A stretch of DNA of 64,000 nt, taken from assembly GCA_038214535.1 (NCBI GenBank), contig JBBQRS010000008.1, forward strand, positions 1,272 through 65,271, given 5' to 3'. Of this stretch, positions 26,556 to 36,261 are shown piece by piece. Both the position numbers and the translations under genes were made by a program. The notes under the pieces were generated by a model. It was not told the DNA's origin and did not search any database. It saw nothing but the letters and a program-made list of their open reading frames with translations. The first letter of the stretch is position 1. Each line of letters starts with the position of its first letter. This DNA is from Anaerolineae bacterium. GTDB taxonomy: Bacteria; Chloroflexota; Anaerolineae; CG2-30-64-16.

Positions 26556-27221
26556 ATGATTCCTAAACAGATGACCGGCAGTCCGGCGGGGCAGGTGTTG
26601 ATTGCCTTGCAGCGCAAGGGCGCGGCCACCGTCAGAGATCTTGAAGACACCCTCGGGGTCACCACGACCGCCGTGCGCCAGCAACTCGTGCAGTTGATGG
26701 CGGATGGCTACGTGGAACAGGAGGTCGAGCGGAACGACGGCCGCGGCCGGCCGCGCCACGTGTATTCATTGACCACCGAGGGACGTTCGCTCTTCCCGCA
26801 TCATTACGACGAGTTCACCAACGGCCTGTTGCGCGAAATTCTCATCAGCGAGGGGCCTGAGAAGGTGGGGGTGTTGTTGCAGCGCATCGGGCAGCGGCTC
26901 GCGGCGCAGTACGCGGGGCAGATCACGGTGGATGCTCCTGCGGCGCGCGCGGCGGCGCTGACGGAATTGCTCAACGCCCGCGGCATTATGGCCGAGATCA
27001 CTGAAGGTCCCGATTTTATTCAAGTACACGAATATACGTGCCCCTATTACGAGTTGGCGCGCGAGCATCGGGCGATCTGCGATATGGAGCAGGAGATGAT
27101 GACGCACGTGATCCGGCAGCCGGTGGCGCTGGTGTCGTGCTCGCTGGACGGGCATCACGGGTGTGAGTTTCGGATCGAGGGCACGCCCGTTGTCGCCCCG
27201 CCGCCGCCCACCGGTGGTTGA
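26556..27221 (+). CDS. sufR: SufR-like HTH transcriptional regulator with a C-terminal Cys cluster
   Basis: Winged-helix region GAATVRDLEDTLGVTTTAVRQQLVQLMADGYV. C-terminal Cys residues (C-x12-C ... C ... C). Immediately upstream of sufCBD. Confidence 0.65.
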   Translation: MIPKQMTGSPAGQVLIALQRKGAATVRDLEDTLGVTTTAVRQQLVQLMADGYVEQEVERNDGRGRPRHVYSLTTEGRSLFPHHYDEFTNGLLREILISEGPEKVGVLLQRIGQRLAAQYAGQITVDAPAARAAALTELLNARGIMAEITEGPDFIQVHEYTCPYYELAREHRAICDMEQEMMTHVIRQPVALVSCSLDGHHGCEFRIEGTPVVAPPPPTGG

Positions 27222-27262
27222 AACCACCGACTAGTACAGGTGAAAACCCGTTGAAACGGGTT
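27213..27262 (+). promoter_or_regulatory. Two short palindromes sharing a GTTGAAAC core (operator or terminator candidates)
   Basis: ggtggttgaaaccacc (27213-27228, overlaps the sufR stop) and aacccgttgaaacgggtt (27245-27262). Confidence 0.4.
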
Positions 27263-27313
27263 CCGATAGAAGATAACAAAAAGTTTTATTGATTGCAAGG
27301 AGCAAGGGACCAC

Positions 27314-28168
27314 ATGGGATCTGAACTGGAGATCAAGGACCTCCACGTCAACGTGGAAGGCAAGGAAATTTTGCAGGGCGTCAACCTGGTCATCAAGCAG
27401 GGCGAAGTGCATGCGATGATGGGGCCGAACGGCTCGGGCAAGAGCACGCTGGCCTATGCGATTGCGGGGCATCCGCATTACGAGGTGACGAGCGGCGACA
27501 TCCTGCTGGACGGCGTGAGCGTGCTGGAGATGGAACCGGACGAGCGCGCCAAGGCGGGCATCTTCCTGGCCTTCCAGTACCCGACGGCGATCCCGGGCGT
27601 GAGCATGGCGAACTTCCTGCGCCAGGCCGTCAGCGCGGTGCGCGGCTACACCGATCGCGCCAAGGTCACGGCGTCCGAGGGCGGGAGCAAAGGCCCGATC
27701 GGTTCGGAGCTGATGCCGATGCGCGAGTTCCGCAAGGAACTGACGGACAAGATGGAGGAGTTGCACATTGATCCGTCATTCGCCCGGCGCTATCTGAACG
27801 ATGGCTTTTCCGGCGGCGAGAAGAAGCGCGCCGAAATCCTGCAAATGGCGATGCTCGCCCCCAGGTTCGCGGTGCTGGACGAGACGGATTCGGGCCTCGA
27901 TATTGACGCGCTGCGCGTGGTGGCCGAGGGCGTGAACAGCCTCATCGGGCCGGATTTGGGCGTCCTGCTCATCACGCATTACCAGCGGTTGCTCGATTAC
28001 ATCAAGCCCGATTACGTACACGTCTTCTACAACGGCAAGATCGTGATGTCAGGCGGGCCGGAACTGGCGCTCGACCTGGAGGCCAGGGGCTATCAGTGGA
28101 TTCGCGAGCAGTTTGGCCCCGCGATCTTCGGCGAAGAAGAAGAGACAAAGGCAACGCCTGTACTGTAG
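27314..28168 (+). CDS. sufC: Fe-S cluster assembly ATPase SufC
   Basis: [19 protein letters not shown], Walker [13 protein letters not shown] signature FSGGEKKR, Walker [12 protein letters not shown]. Confidence 0.92.
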   Translation: MGSELEIKDLHVNVEGKEILQGVNLVIKQGEVHAMMGPNGSGKSTLAYAIAGHPHYEVTSGDILLDGVSVLEMEPDERAKAGIFLAFQYPTAIPGVSMANFLRQAVSAVRGYTDRAKVTASEGGSKGPIGSELMPMREFRKELTDKMEELHIDPSFARRYLNDGFSGGEKKRAEILQMAMLAPRFAVLDETDSGLDIDALRVVAEGVNSLIGPDLGVLLITHYQRLLDYIKPDYVHVFYNGKIVMSGGPELALDLEARGYQWIREQFGPAIFGEEEETKATPVL

Positions 28169-28236
28169 TGTAGGGCTTGTGCCCGCAGACGCCCACGAGG
28201 GGCTAAACTACGGTTAGACCTTTAACGGAGAAAACC

Positions 28237-29655
28237 ATGACTGTACCTAATTCCGATCACGAAACGCTTGCGGGTCTGAAGACCGATTATAAATACGGCT
28301 GGAGCCAGCCCGAAGACTACGTTTTCAAGGCGCGCAAGGGGCTTGACCACGATATCGTTGAGCAGATCAGCCGCATGAAGAAAGAGCCGGACTGGATGCG
28401 CCAACTGCGCCACGAGGCGCTGGACATCTTCCTGTCCAAGCCGATCCCTACCTGGGGCGCGGACCTCAGCGAGATCAACTACGACGAAATCTACTACTAC
28501 ATCAAGCCGACCGAGTCACAGGGCAAGACGTGGGACGACGTACCGGCGGACATCAAGGAAACGTTCGACAAGCTGGGCATCCCCGAAGCGGAACGCAAGT
28601 TCCTGGCGGGCGTGGGCGCGCAATATGAGTCCGAGGCGATCTACCACTCGCTGAAAGAGGAGTGGGAGAAGCTGGGCGTGATCTTCATGGACAGCGACAG
28701 CGGGCTGCGCGAGCATGAAGATATCTACCGCGAGTACTTCGGCACCGTGATTCCCTCGACCGACAACACCTTTGCGGCGATGAACACCGCGGTGTGGTCG
28801 GGTGGGTCGTTCGTCTACGTGCCGCCGGGCGTGCATCTGGACATCCCGTTGCAGGCCTATTTCCGCATCAACGCGCAGAGCATGGGCCAGTTCGAGCGCA
28901 CGCTGATCATCGTGGATGAGGGCGCGAGCGTCCACTATGTGGAAGGTTGCACCGCGCCGACCTACGCCAAGGATTCGCTGCACAGCGGCGTGATCGAGAT
29001 TATCGTCCGCAAGAATGCCCGTTGCCGCTACACCACCATTCAGAACTGGTCCACCAACGTCTATAACCTGGTGACGCAGCGTTCGCTGGTGGCCGAGGGC
29101 GCGACGATGGAATGGGTGGACGCGAACCTGGGCAGTAAGGTCACAATGAAGTACCCGTCGGTCTATCTGATGGGTGAGAAGGCGCACGGCCAGATCCTCA
29201 GCATGGCGTTCGCGGGGCCGGGGCAACACCTGGACACGGGCGGTAAGCTGGTGCATGGCGCGCCAAACACGTCGAGCCAGTTGATCTCGAAGTCCATCAG
29301 CAAGGGTGGCGGGCGCGCGTCGTATCGCGGCCTGCTGAAGGTCGGCAAGGGGGCGCACGGCAGCCGCTCGAACGTGGTATGCGATGCGTTGCTGCTCGAC
29401 CCCGAAAGCCGCAGCGACACCTATCCGTACATCGAGATTGACGAGGATGACGTGACGGTGGGCCATGAGGCATCGGTGAGCAAGATCGGCGAGGAGCAGC
29501 TCTTCTACCTGATGAGCCGCGGCCTGTCGGAAGACGAGGCCAGCGCCATGATCGTCTCCGGCTTCATCGAGCCGATGGTGAAGGAATTGCCGATGGAGTA
29601 CGCCATCGAGATGAACCGGCTGATCCAGTTGCAAATGGAAGGCTCGATTGGGTAA
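28237..29655 (+). CDS. sufB: Fe-S cluster assembly protein SufB
   Basis: 472 aa. Typical SufB blocks (YKYGW, FRINA...[30 protein letters not shown]). Confidence 0.92.
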   Translation: MTVPNSDHETLAGLKTDYKYGWSQPEDYVFKARKGLDHDIVEQISRMKKEPDWMRQLRHEALDIFLSKPIPTWGADLSEINYDEIYYYIKPTESQGKTWDDVPADIKETFDKLGIPEAERKFLAGVGAQYESEAIYHSLKEEWEKLGVIFMDSDSGLREHEDIYREYFGTVIPSTDNTFAAMNTAVWSGGSFVYVPPGVHLDIPLQAYFRINAQSMGQFERTLIIVDEGASVHYVEGCTAPTYAKDSLHSGVIEIIVRKNARCRYTTIQNWSTNVYNLVTQRSLVAEGATMEWVDANLGSKVTMKYPSVYLMGEKAHGQILSMAFAGPGQHLDTGGKLVHGAPNTSSQLISKSISKGGGRASYRGLLKVGKGAHGSRSNVVCDALLLDPESRSDTYPYIEIDEDDVTVGHEASVSKIGEEQLFYLMSRGLSEDEASAMIVSGFIEPMVKELPMEYAIEMNRLIQLQMEGSIG

Positions 29656-29664
29656 GGGAAACAG

Positions 29665-30972
29665 ATGACAACACAAACATTGACTACTGAGAATATTTCC
29701 CAATCGGCGGTGGAAGCCCTTTCTAAGAGCAAAGGCGAGCCGAGCTGGATGCTGGATTTGCGTCTGAAGGCGTGGCGGTTCTTCGAGGAGATGCCGTGGC
29801 CGACGGGCAAGGAAGAGACCTGGCGGCGCACGCGGCTGACCGGCTTTAATCTGGACGAGTACCAACCGCTGACCGGCGGTGCGCAGCCGGGTGACGTGCC
29901 GGCGGATGTGCAGAAGACGCTGGATGAGATTGACAGCGTGGGGCACATCGCATTTGTGGATGCGGCGGCGGTGGAACACCGGCTGGACGCGGGGCTGGCG
30001 GCGAAGGGCGTGATCTTTACCGACCTCGGCACGGCGGTGCGTGAGCATCCCGAACTGGTGCAGAAGTACTACGGCAGCGTGGTGGCGACGGACGAGAACA
30101 AGTTCAGTGCGCTGCACTATGCGCTGTGGAACAGCGGCGCGTTCGTCTACGTGCCGCGCAACGTGGTCATCGAGCGACCGTTACAGACGGTGATCGCACA
30201 GCGCGCGGGCAAGTACGCCGGGCTGCATCACACGATCGTTGCCACGGACGAGGGGTCGGCGGTGAGCCTGGCCGAGGACTTCATCGGCGCGGATGGCGGG
30301 ATGCAGGATAGCGTGGTCGAGTTGGCTGCGGGTCGGAACAGCCAGTTGCACTATCTGCACCTGCAGAACCTGGCCGATTCGGCCTGGAACTTCAGCACGC
30401 AGCGAATGCACGTCACGCGCGACGCGCTGTTGCGCTATTTCATCGGTTCGTGGGGCAGCCGCCTGACCAAGGCCTGGCTGAACATGGAGATGATCGGCGA
30501 GGGCGGGCACGGCGAGTTGCTGGGGCTCTACTTCCCCGGCGGACGCCAGCACCTCGATCATCACACCAACCAGTTGCATAAATCGGCGCAGGCCACCAGC
30601 GATCTGCTCATCAAGGGCGCGCTGAAGGATCGGGCGCGGTCGGTGTACCAGGGCTACATCAAGGTGTATCCCGGCGCGCAGAAGACCAACGCCTACCAGG
30701 CCAACCGCAACCTGATGCTGAGCCACAACGCGCGGGCCGACAGCATCCCCGGCCTGGAGATCGAGGCCGACGACGTGCGCTGCACGCACGGCGCGACGGC
30801 GGGCCAGGTGCCGGAAGAGTACATCTTCTACCTGATGGCGCGCGGCCTCAACCGATCGAACGCCGAGCGGATGGTGGTGCAGGGCTTCTTCGAGGAAGTG
30901 CTGAACCGCATCCCGGTGGAAGGCGTGCGCAACAAACTGGAAACCGAAATCGCCCGCAAGCTGGGGCTATAG
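29665..30972 (+). CDS. sufD: Fe-S cluster assembly protein SufD
   Basis: 435 aa. SufB/D-fold C-terminal blocks (ADDVRCTHGATAGQV..EEYIFYLMARGL). Position after sufB. Confidence 0.88.
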   Translation: MTTQTLTTENISQSAVEALSKSKGEPSWMLDLRLKAWRFFEEMPWPTGKEETWRRTRLTGFNLDEYQPLTGGAQPGDVPADVQKTLDEIDSVGHIAFVDAAAVEHRLDAGLAAKGVIFTDLGTAVREHPELVQKYYGSVVATDENKFSALHYALWNSGAFVYVPRNVVIERPLQTVIAQRAGKYAGLHHTIVATDEGSAVSLAEDFIGADGGMQDSVVELAAGRNSQLHYLHLQNLADSAWNFSTQRMHVTRDALLRYFIGSWGSRLTKAWLNMEMIGEGGHGELLGLYFPGGRQHLDHHTNQLHKSAQATSDLLIKGALKDRARSVYQGYIKVYPGAQKTNAYQANRNLMLSHNARADSIPGLEIEADDVRCTHGATAGQVPEEYIFYLMARGLNRSNAERMVVQGFFEEVLNRIPVEGVRNKLETEIARKLGL

Positions 30973-30975
30973 GAG

Positions 30976-31833
30976 ATGACGAACCCGATGGGCTACGTAT
31001 CGCCGGACAAGCTGGTCAGCACGGAATGGGTGGCCGAGCATCTGAATGACCCGAAGGTGCGCATCGTTGAATCAAACGAGGACTTGCTGCTCTACGACCG
31101 GGGCCACGTGCCCGGCGCGGTGCAGATTGACTGGGTGGGTGACCTCAACGACCCCATCCGGCGCGACTATCTGGATCGGGCGCAGTTCGAGGCGCTGATG
31201 CGGCGTAACGGCATCGCCAACGATACCTTCGTGGTGTTCTATGGCGACAAGAGCAACTGGTGGGCGTGTTACGCGCTGTGGGTGTTCGAGCTGTTCGGTC
31301 ACACGAAGACCGCGGTGATGAACGGTGGGCGGCTAAAGTGGGAGAAAGAGGGCCGGCCTCTGACGAAGGAGACGCCGACCTATGCGGAGACCGAGTACGT
31401 CGCCAACGAGCGCGCGGACTATAAAATCCGCGCCTATCGCGACGACGTGATGACGCACATCGCCGCGGGCCGCCCGCTGGTGGACGTGCGCAGCCCCGGC
31501 GAGTATACCGGCGAGCTGCATCACATGGAGGGTTATCCGCAGGAAGGCGCGTTGCGGACGGGCCACATCCGCGGCGCGGTGAACGTGCCGTGGGCGAAGG
31601 CCGCGAACCCTGAGGACGGCACGTTCCGCTCGGCGGAGGAGTTGCGCGACCTGTACGAAGCGCAGCAGGGGTTGAAGCCCAGCGATAACGTCATTGCCTA
31701 TTGCCGGATCGGCGAGCGCAGCAGCCACACGTGGTTCGTGCTCAAGTACCTGCTGGGCTACGACAGCGTGCGGAATTACGACGGCAGTTGGACGGAATGG
31801 GGCAACCTGGTCGGCGCGCCGATCGAGCGGTAA
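30976..31833 (+). CDS. Two-domain rhodanese (thiosulfate/3-mercaptopyruvate sulfurtransferase)
   Basis: Active-site loop [14 protein letters not shown]. Tandem rhodanese architecture. Confidence 0.85.
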   Translation: MTNPMGYVSPDKLVSTEWVAEHLNDPKVRIVESNEDLLLYDRGHVPGAVQIDWVGDLNDPIRRDYLDRAQFEALMRRNGIANDTFVVFYGDKSNWWACYALWVFELFGHTKTAVMNGGRLKWEKEGRPLTKETPTYAETEYVANERADYKIRAYRDDVMTHIAAGRPLVDVRSPGEYTGELHHMEGYPQEGALRTGHIRGAVNVPWAKAANPEDGTFRSAEELRDLYEAQQGLKPSDNVIAYCRIGERSSHTWFVLKYLLGYDSVRNYDGSWTEWGNLVGAPIER

Positions 31834-31961
31834 ATACGCGGCGGGATATGACAAAGGTCGTTTGCGCGGCCTTCCCGGTCGCGCTATACTGAGGCGGCAA
31901 GGTGATCGGTGTTGGATCAATGCCGGTCGCTTTCCGACGCCTGAGACAAACGAGGTAAGCT

Positions 31962-32354
31962 GTGGATCGGCAGGCGCAGATAGATTTCATATTGGATCAT
32001 TACGAAAGCCCGCGGCATTACGGCGCGCTGGCCGACGCGACCGTTGAACAGAAGGGCGGCAATCCGGGCTGCGGCGACATCGTGACCCTCTACCTGAAGG
32101 TGGATGGCGATGGGCGCATCGAGGAGATTTCATTCGAGGGCGATGGTTGCACCATCAGCCAGGCCGGGTCTTCGATGGTGACGGAGATGTTTCTCGGCAA
32201 GACGCTGGCGGACGTGGAGAACACGCCCAACGACGTGATGCTGGAGATGATGGGCCGGGAGATCGCCGGGACACGGCTGAAGTGCGCCACGCTGGGGATC
32301 AACACGACGAAGGCCGCGGTGCGCGCGCTGCGTCAGCAGGAGATGCAGGAGTAG
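31962..32354 (+). CDS. sufU: SufU/IscU-like Fe-S scaffold or sulfur acceptor, copy 1
   Basis: GTG start with GAGG RBS. Three conserved Cys: NPGCGD, GDGCTISQAGSSM, LKCATL. Confidence 0.8.
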   Translation: MDRQAQIDFILDHYESPRHYGALADATVEQKGGNPGCGDIVTLYLKVDGDGRIEEISFEGDGCTISQAGSSMVTEMFLGKTLADVENTPNDVMLEMMGREIAGTRLKCATLGINTTKAAVRALRQQEMQE

Positions 32355-32364
32355 GAGTATTGAA

Positions 32365-32556
32365 ATGGAAGCGCTAAATGAGCAGTATGTCATTGATGCC
32401 ACGGGCAAGAAGGTGAGCGTCATTTTGCCCGTCAAACAATACGAGCAACTGATGGAAGACTTGCACGACCTGGCCGTAGTAGCCGAGCGCCGGAATGAAA
32501 AACCGATCACTCTTGCTGAAATGAAAGCGCGATTGGTCGAAGATGGCCTCTTATGA
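32365..32556 (+). CDS. Type II antitoxin (small, precedes and overlaps the RelE/ParE toxin gene)
   Basis: 63 aa with AGGAG RBS. 14-nt overlap with the toxin ORF. AT-richer than the flanks. Confidence 0.75.
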   Translation: MEALNEQYVIDATGKKVSVILPVKQYEQLMEDLHDLAVVAERRNEKPITLAEMKARLVEDGLL

Positions 32557-32809
32557 AGTCCAATTTAGGCCATCTGTTGACAAAGATCTTCGATCTCTGC
32601 CACGAGCTACTATTGTCCGTGTGATCGAGCGCATCGAGGCATTGGCCGAAGAGCCTTTTCCACACGGTATGCGGAAGTTATCAGGGGCAGAGCAACTCTA
32701 TCGTCTGCGTGTAGGTGACTATCGTATTGTTTATGAAGTTGACACACCGTCTAGGACGATAACTATTCACTATGTTCGTCACCGTCGCGAAGCATATCGG
32801 GACCTTTGA
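32543..32809 (+). CDS. RelE/ParE family type II toxin
   Basis: 88 aa. KDLRSLP...RIEALAEEPFPHG.RKL.G...YRLRVGDYRIVYEVD....ITIHYVRHRREAY is the classic RelE/ParE pattern. Confidence 0.85.
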   Translation: MASYEVQFRPSVDKDLRSLPRATIVRVIERIEALAEEPFPHGMRKLSGAEQLYRLRVGDYRIVYEVDTPSRTITIHYVRHRREAYRDL

Positions 32810-32826
32810 GAATCGAAGCGCAGAAA

Positions 32827-33036
32827 ATGCACTATTTCGCAGCGGTTGTTGAAAAAGACGTTGAAACGGATTTGTTTGTCGGGTATGTGCCCGGATTTCC
32901 CGGAGCGCACACCCAGGCAGATTCTCTCGACAAGCTGCACGTCAATCTTCGAGAGGCTATTGAGATGCTTCTCGAAGACGGTGAACCGGTCCTGGACTCC
33001 CAATTTGTGGGCATCCAGATGATCGGAGTGCGGTGA
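32827..33036 (+). CDS. HicB-like (UPF0150) antitoxin-fold protein with no adjacent HicA
   Basis: MHYFAAVVEKDVETDLFVGYVPGFPGAHTQADSLDKLHVNLREAIEMLLE matches the HicB N-terminal domain pattern. The track start at 32806 is TTG. Confidence 0.65.
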   Translation: MHYFAAVVEKDVETDLFVGYVPGFPGAHTQADSLDKLHVNLREAIEMLLEDGEPVLDSQFVGIQMIGVR

Positions 33037-33049
33037 AGGGATACGAACG

Positions 33050-34309
33050 ATGAGTCAGACAATATTCGATATGGCCGTCACGGCGACGGCGTTGGACGCG
33101 GCGAAGATCCGGGGCGATTTCCCGATTCTCGATCAGACCGTCAACGGCAAGCCGCTGGTCTATCTGGACAGCGCGGCCAGCAGCCAGAAGCCGGTGCAGG
33201 TGCTGGATGCGATGGACACGTATTACAGGACCACGAACGCTAACGTGCATCGTGGCGTCCACACGCTCAGCGAGCAGGCCACGGCGCAATATGAAGCCGC
33301 GCGCGCCAAACTATCGCAGTTCCTCAACGCATGTTGTCCTAAAGAGGTGATCTGGACGCGCAACGCGACCGAGGCGATCAACCTGGTGGCATACACCTGG
33401 GGGCGCGCCAACCTGAAGCCGGGCGACCGCATCCTGCTCACCGAGATGGAGCACCACGCGAACCTCGTGCCGTGGCAAATCATCGCGAGCCAGACCGGCG
33501 CGGTGCTGGATTTCGTCCGTGTGGCCGACGATGGCACGCTGATCCTGGACGAGCTGCCGGGCCTGTTGACGGAACGCACCAAAATATTTGCCTTCTCGGC
33601 GGCGTCGAACGTGGTTGGCACGATCAACCCGGTGAAGGAGTTGGCGGCCGCGGCGCACCGGGTGGGCGCGCTGGCGCTGGCCGACGGCGCGCAGTCCGCG
33701 CCGCACATGCCGGTGGACGTGCAGGACCTCGACATTGATTTCATGGCGATCTCGGGGCACAAGATGCTGGGGCCGACAGGGATCGGGGCGCTGTGGGGCC
33801 GCCGCGAGCTGCTGAACGCCATGCCGCCGTTCATGGGTGGGGGCGACATGATCCGCGAGGTGCATCTGCGCGAGTCGCGCTGGAACGAACTGCCGTGGAA
33901 GTTCGAGGCGGGCACGCCGGCCATCGCGGAGGCGATCGGGTTCGGCGCGGCGGTGGATTACCTGAACGCGCTGGGCATGGAGGCCGTGCACGCCCATGAA
34001 CAACAGATCACCAACTACGCGCTGGAGCGGATGGCCGAGGTGGAGGGTCTGCGCATCCTGGGGCCGGGCGCGGGGCTGCGTGGCGGGCTGGTCAGCTTCA
34101 CGTTGGGCAATATCCATCCGCACGACATCGCCGGCATCCTCGACAGCATGGGCATTGCGGTGCGCGCCGGCCATCATTGCGCGCAACCGCTGCACGAGCG
34201 CTACGGCATCCCGGCCAGCGCGCGCGCCAGTTTCTACGTCTACACGACGCCCGATGAGGTTGACGTCTTGGTGGAAGGGCTGAACAAGGTCGTCGCGCTG
34301 TTAGGATAA
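33050..34309 (+). CDS. sufS: Cysteine desulfurase SufS (group II)
   Basis: 419 aa. PLP-Lys region ISGHKMLGPTGIGAL. Active-site loop RAGHHCAQP. Confidence 0.92.
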   Translation: MSQTIFDMAVTATALDAAKIRGDFPILDQTVNGKPLVYLDSAASSQKPVQVLDAMDTYYRTTNANVHRGVHTLSEQATAQYEAARAKLSQFLNACCPKEVIWTRNATEAINLVAYTWGRANLKPGDRILLTEMEHHANLVPWQIIASQTGAVLDFVRVADDGTLILDELPGLLTERTKIFAFSAASNVVGTINPVKELAAAAHRVGALALADGAQSAPHMPVDVQDLDIDFMAISGHKMLGPTGIGALWGRRELLNAMPPFMGGGDMIREVHLRESRWNELPWKFEAGTPAIAEAIGFGAAVDYLNALGMEAVHAHEQQITNYALERMAEVEGLRILGPGAGLRGGLVSFTLGNIHPHDIAGILDSMGIAVRAGHHCAQPLHERYGIPASARASFYVYTTPDEVDVLVEGLNKVVALLG

Positions 34310-34316
34310 GCAAAAT

Positions 34317-34359
34317 AGAGAAACCCGGTTTCTCCGGCGAAGCCGGAAACCGGGTTTCT
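34317..34359. repeat. Hairpin element, family C
   Basis: agagaaacccggtttctccggcgaagccggaaaccgggtttct, between sufS and sufU copy 2. Confidence 0.85.
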
Positions 34360-34380
34360 GGAGTTTGATGAGGCAGGAAT

Positions 34381-34755
34381 ATGGACCTTTACGCCGAAGA
34401 TATCCTCGACCATTACAAGAACCCGCGGCACCACGGGCATCTCGACAACCCGACGCTGACGTATCACGACACGAACCCGTTCTGCGGCGACGAGATCACC
34501 ATGGAACTGCTGATCGAAGACGACCGGGTGGCGGATATCGCGTTCAGCGGGCAGGGGTGCGCGATCAGCCAGGCGACGGCTTCGATGATGGCCGAGGAGT
34601 TGATGGGTAAGACGCTGGAAGAGATCAAGGCGTGGGACAAGGACAAAGTCCTCGACCTGGTCGGCATCCCGCTGGGGCCGGTGCGCCTGAAGTGCGCGCT
34701 GCTGCCGTTGAAGGCGTTGAAGGCCGCGGTGTGGGGATTAGAAGACGAAGAATAA
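34381..34755 (+). CDS. sufU: SufU/IscU-like protein, copy 2
   Basis: NPFCGDEIT, GQGCAISQATASMM, RLKCALLP. Canonical position after sufS. Confidence 0.85.
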   Translation: MDLYAEDILDHYKNPRHHGHLDNPTLTYHDTNPFCGDEITMELLIEDDRVADIAFSGQGCAISQATASMMAEELMGKTLEEIKAWDKDKVLDLVGIPLGPVRLKCALLPLKALKAAVWGLEDEE

Positions 34756-34756
34756 T

Positions 34757-34830
34757 CACGAATTAAGAATTAGGAATTACGAATTGTCGCAAGAAGCTAC
34801 AGGATCATTCGTAATTCCTAATCCGTAATT
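34757..34830. repeat. Word palindrome (ACGAATT/AGGAATT words)
   Basis: cacgaattaagaattaggaattacgaatt is complementary to cattcgtaattcctaatccgtaatt. Confidence 0.8.
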
Positions 34831-34844
34831 GAAAGGTTTTTTGC

Positions 34845-35156
34845 ATGGCTGGATTCGTTAAAGTAGCGCGGGCGGACGAGATTGCGCCCGGCGAGAAGGT
34901 GATCGTGGACGTGGACGGCGTGCTGGTGGTCATCGTCAATTGCGACGGCGCGTTCTACGCCATCGAAGATGTTTGCACGCACGACGGCGGCCCGCTGGGC
35001 GAGGGTGACCTGGAGGGCTGTGAGTTGATCTGCCCGCGGCACGGGGCGCGCTTCGATGTGCGCACCGGCGACGCGCTGACCCTGCCGGCCTTTGAGCCTG
35101 CGCCGACGTATGCGGTGCGAGTGGAAAATGGCGACGTGCTGGTCGAATCGTATTGA
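34845..35156 (+). CDS. Rieske (2Fe-2S) ferredoxin-type protein
   Basis: CTHDGGPL ... CPRHGARF Rieske motifs. Confidence 0.88.
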   Translation: MAGFVKVARADEIAPGEKVIVDVDGVLVVIVNCDGAFYAIEDVCTHDGGPLGEGDLEGCELICPRHGARFDVRTGDALTLPAFEPAPTYAVRVENGDVLVESY

Positions 35157-35185
35157 GTGCGAAACTGGATTAAGGGGTGAATGAT

Positions 35186-35503
35186 ATGACAGTGCCAACC
35201 GCAGATGATGTGCGCGAGGTAATTCGCAAAAATGTGTTTGACCCGGAGATCGGGATCAACATCGTGGATATCGGGCTGGTTTATGAGGTGGAAGTGCCGG
35301 AAGATACCAACACCGTCGAGGTGAAGATGACGCTGACGAGCCCCGGCTGCCCCGTGGGGCCGCAGATTATCGGGGGTGTGCAGAGCTTCATCAAGCATAC
35401 GTATCCCGACCTGGAAGCGATCAACGTGCATATCGTCTGGAGCCCGTTGTGGAACCCGGACATGATGTCACAAGAAGCCAAAGACATGCTGGGGTTCTAT
35501 TAG
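35186..35503 (+). CDS. sufT: DUF59/MIP18 family Fe-S assembly protein (SufT-like)
   Basis: DPEIGINIVDIGLVY...TLTSPGCPVG pattern. ATG 35186 is preferred over the track's GTG 35177. Confidence 0.8.
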   Translation: MTVPTADDVREVIRKNVFDPEIGINIVDIGLVYEVEVPEDTNTVEVKMTLTSPGCPVGPQIIGGVQSFIKHTYPDLEAINVHIVWSPLWNPDMMSQEAKDMLGFY

Positions 35504-35597
35504 TAGACAGGATGTGACCGCACAGACCCGGTTTCCTGTCGCTTATCTTGGCGGGGGACCGGTCTTTAGTATCTATCCGAAACTGCGCGTCGCTCTT

Positions 35598-35659
35598 CTT
35601 CGTCGTGACGGCTTCAGCCGTTGGGGAGCACTACAACGGCTAAAGCCGTCACGACGAAG
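35598..35659. repeat. Hairpin element, family A
   Basis: cttcgtcgtgacggcttcagccgtt pairs with aacggctaaagccgtcacgacgaag. Confidence 0.85.
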
Positions 35660-35720
35660 GAACAGACATGATGTTCTGGGCGTATCGAATAGATTCTTAG
35701 TTCAGGCGCGAGAGGACGAC

Positions 35721-36116
35721 ATGGAAATCACGATCACGCAAGAGCAGGGACGCGTCCCCGTCACGGTGTTGTACCTCGCGGGGCAACTGGACGCAACTAC
35801 TGCGGATCAGTTGCAGGCGGCCGCGCAGCAGCAGATTGACGGCGGCGCGCATGACCTGTTGCTGGACCTGAAGGCGACCCGCTACATTTCGAGCGCCGGG
35901 CTACGTGCGCTCAACGCGATTTTCGTCGCCCTGCGCGACAATGCGGGGGAAGACGCCGGGCGCGTCGGCCAGGGGTTGCGCGACGGCTCCTACCGTTCGC
36001 CGCACTTGAAGTTGGTCAACGCCTCGCCCGAGGTGATGCGCGTGCTCAGCACGGCGGGGTTCGACATGTTCCTCGATACGTATAAGGATATGCGCACTGC
36101 GGTGGCGTCGTACTGA
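35721..36116 (+). CDS. STAS domain protein (anti-sigma-factor antagonist-like)
   Basis: Start trimmed to MEITITQEQGRVPVTVLYLAGQLDATTADQL...YISSAGLRAL. The upstream part of the track ORF crosses repeats. Confidence 0.75.
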   Translation: MEITITQEQGRVPVTVLYLAGQLDATTADQLQAAAQQQIDGGAHDLLLDLKATRYISSAGLRALNAIFVALRDNAGEDAGRVGQGLRDGSYRSPHLKLVNASPEVMRVLSTAGFDMFLDTYKDMRTAVASY

Positions 36117-36123
36117 GAGGCGG

Positions 36124-36253
36124 GGAGCGGGGATCAGGTATCGGGGAACGGGAACAGGGATCGAGGAGTTGCAGGGTAGTCTTGCCTTTCCTGTATCGCT
36201 GATACCCAATACCAGATACCTGATCCCTGATACCTGCTCCCTGACACCTGACA
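36124..36253. repeat. Word palindrome (GATACCTGATCCC words)
   Basis: ggggatcaggtatc (36129-36142) is complementary to gatacctgatccc (36215-36227). Tandem tgatacc/tgatccc/tgacacc words on the right arm. Confidence 0.75.
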
Positions 36254-36261
36254 ACTACACC

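Noticed and set aside
28516-30117. 533-aa minus-strand ORF across sufB/sufD. Similar large antisense ORFs lie at 39950-41272, 43719-45209, 53693-55258, 36046-36975, 41538-42668, 33311-34195 and 49705-50829.
   Set aside because: Each lies opposite a CDS with strong family motifs, and each has a low-complexity, Arg/His/Pro-rich composition.
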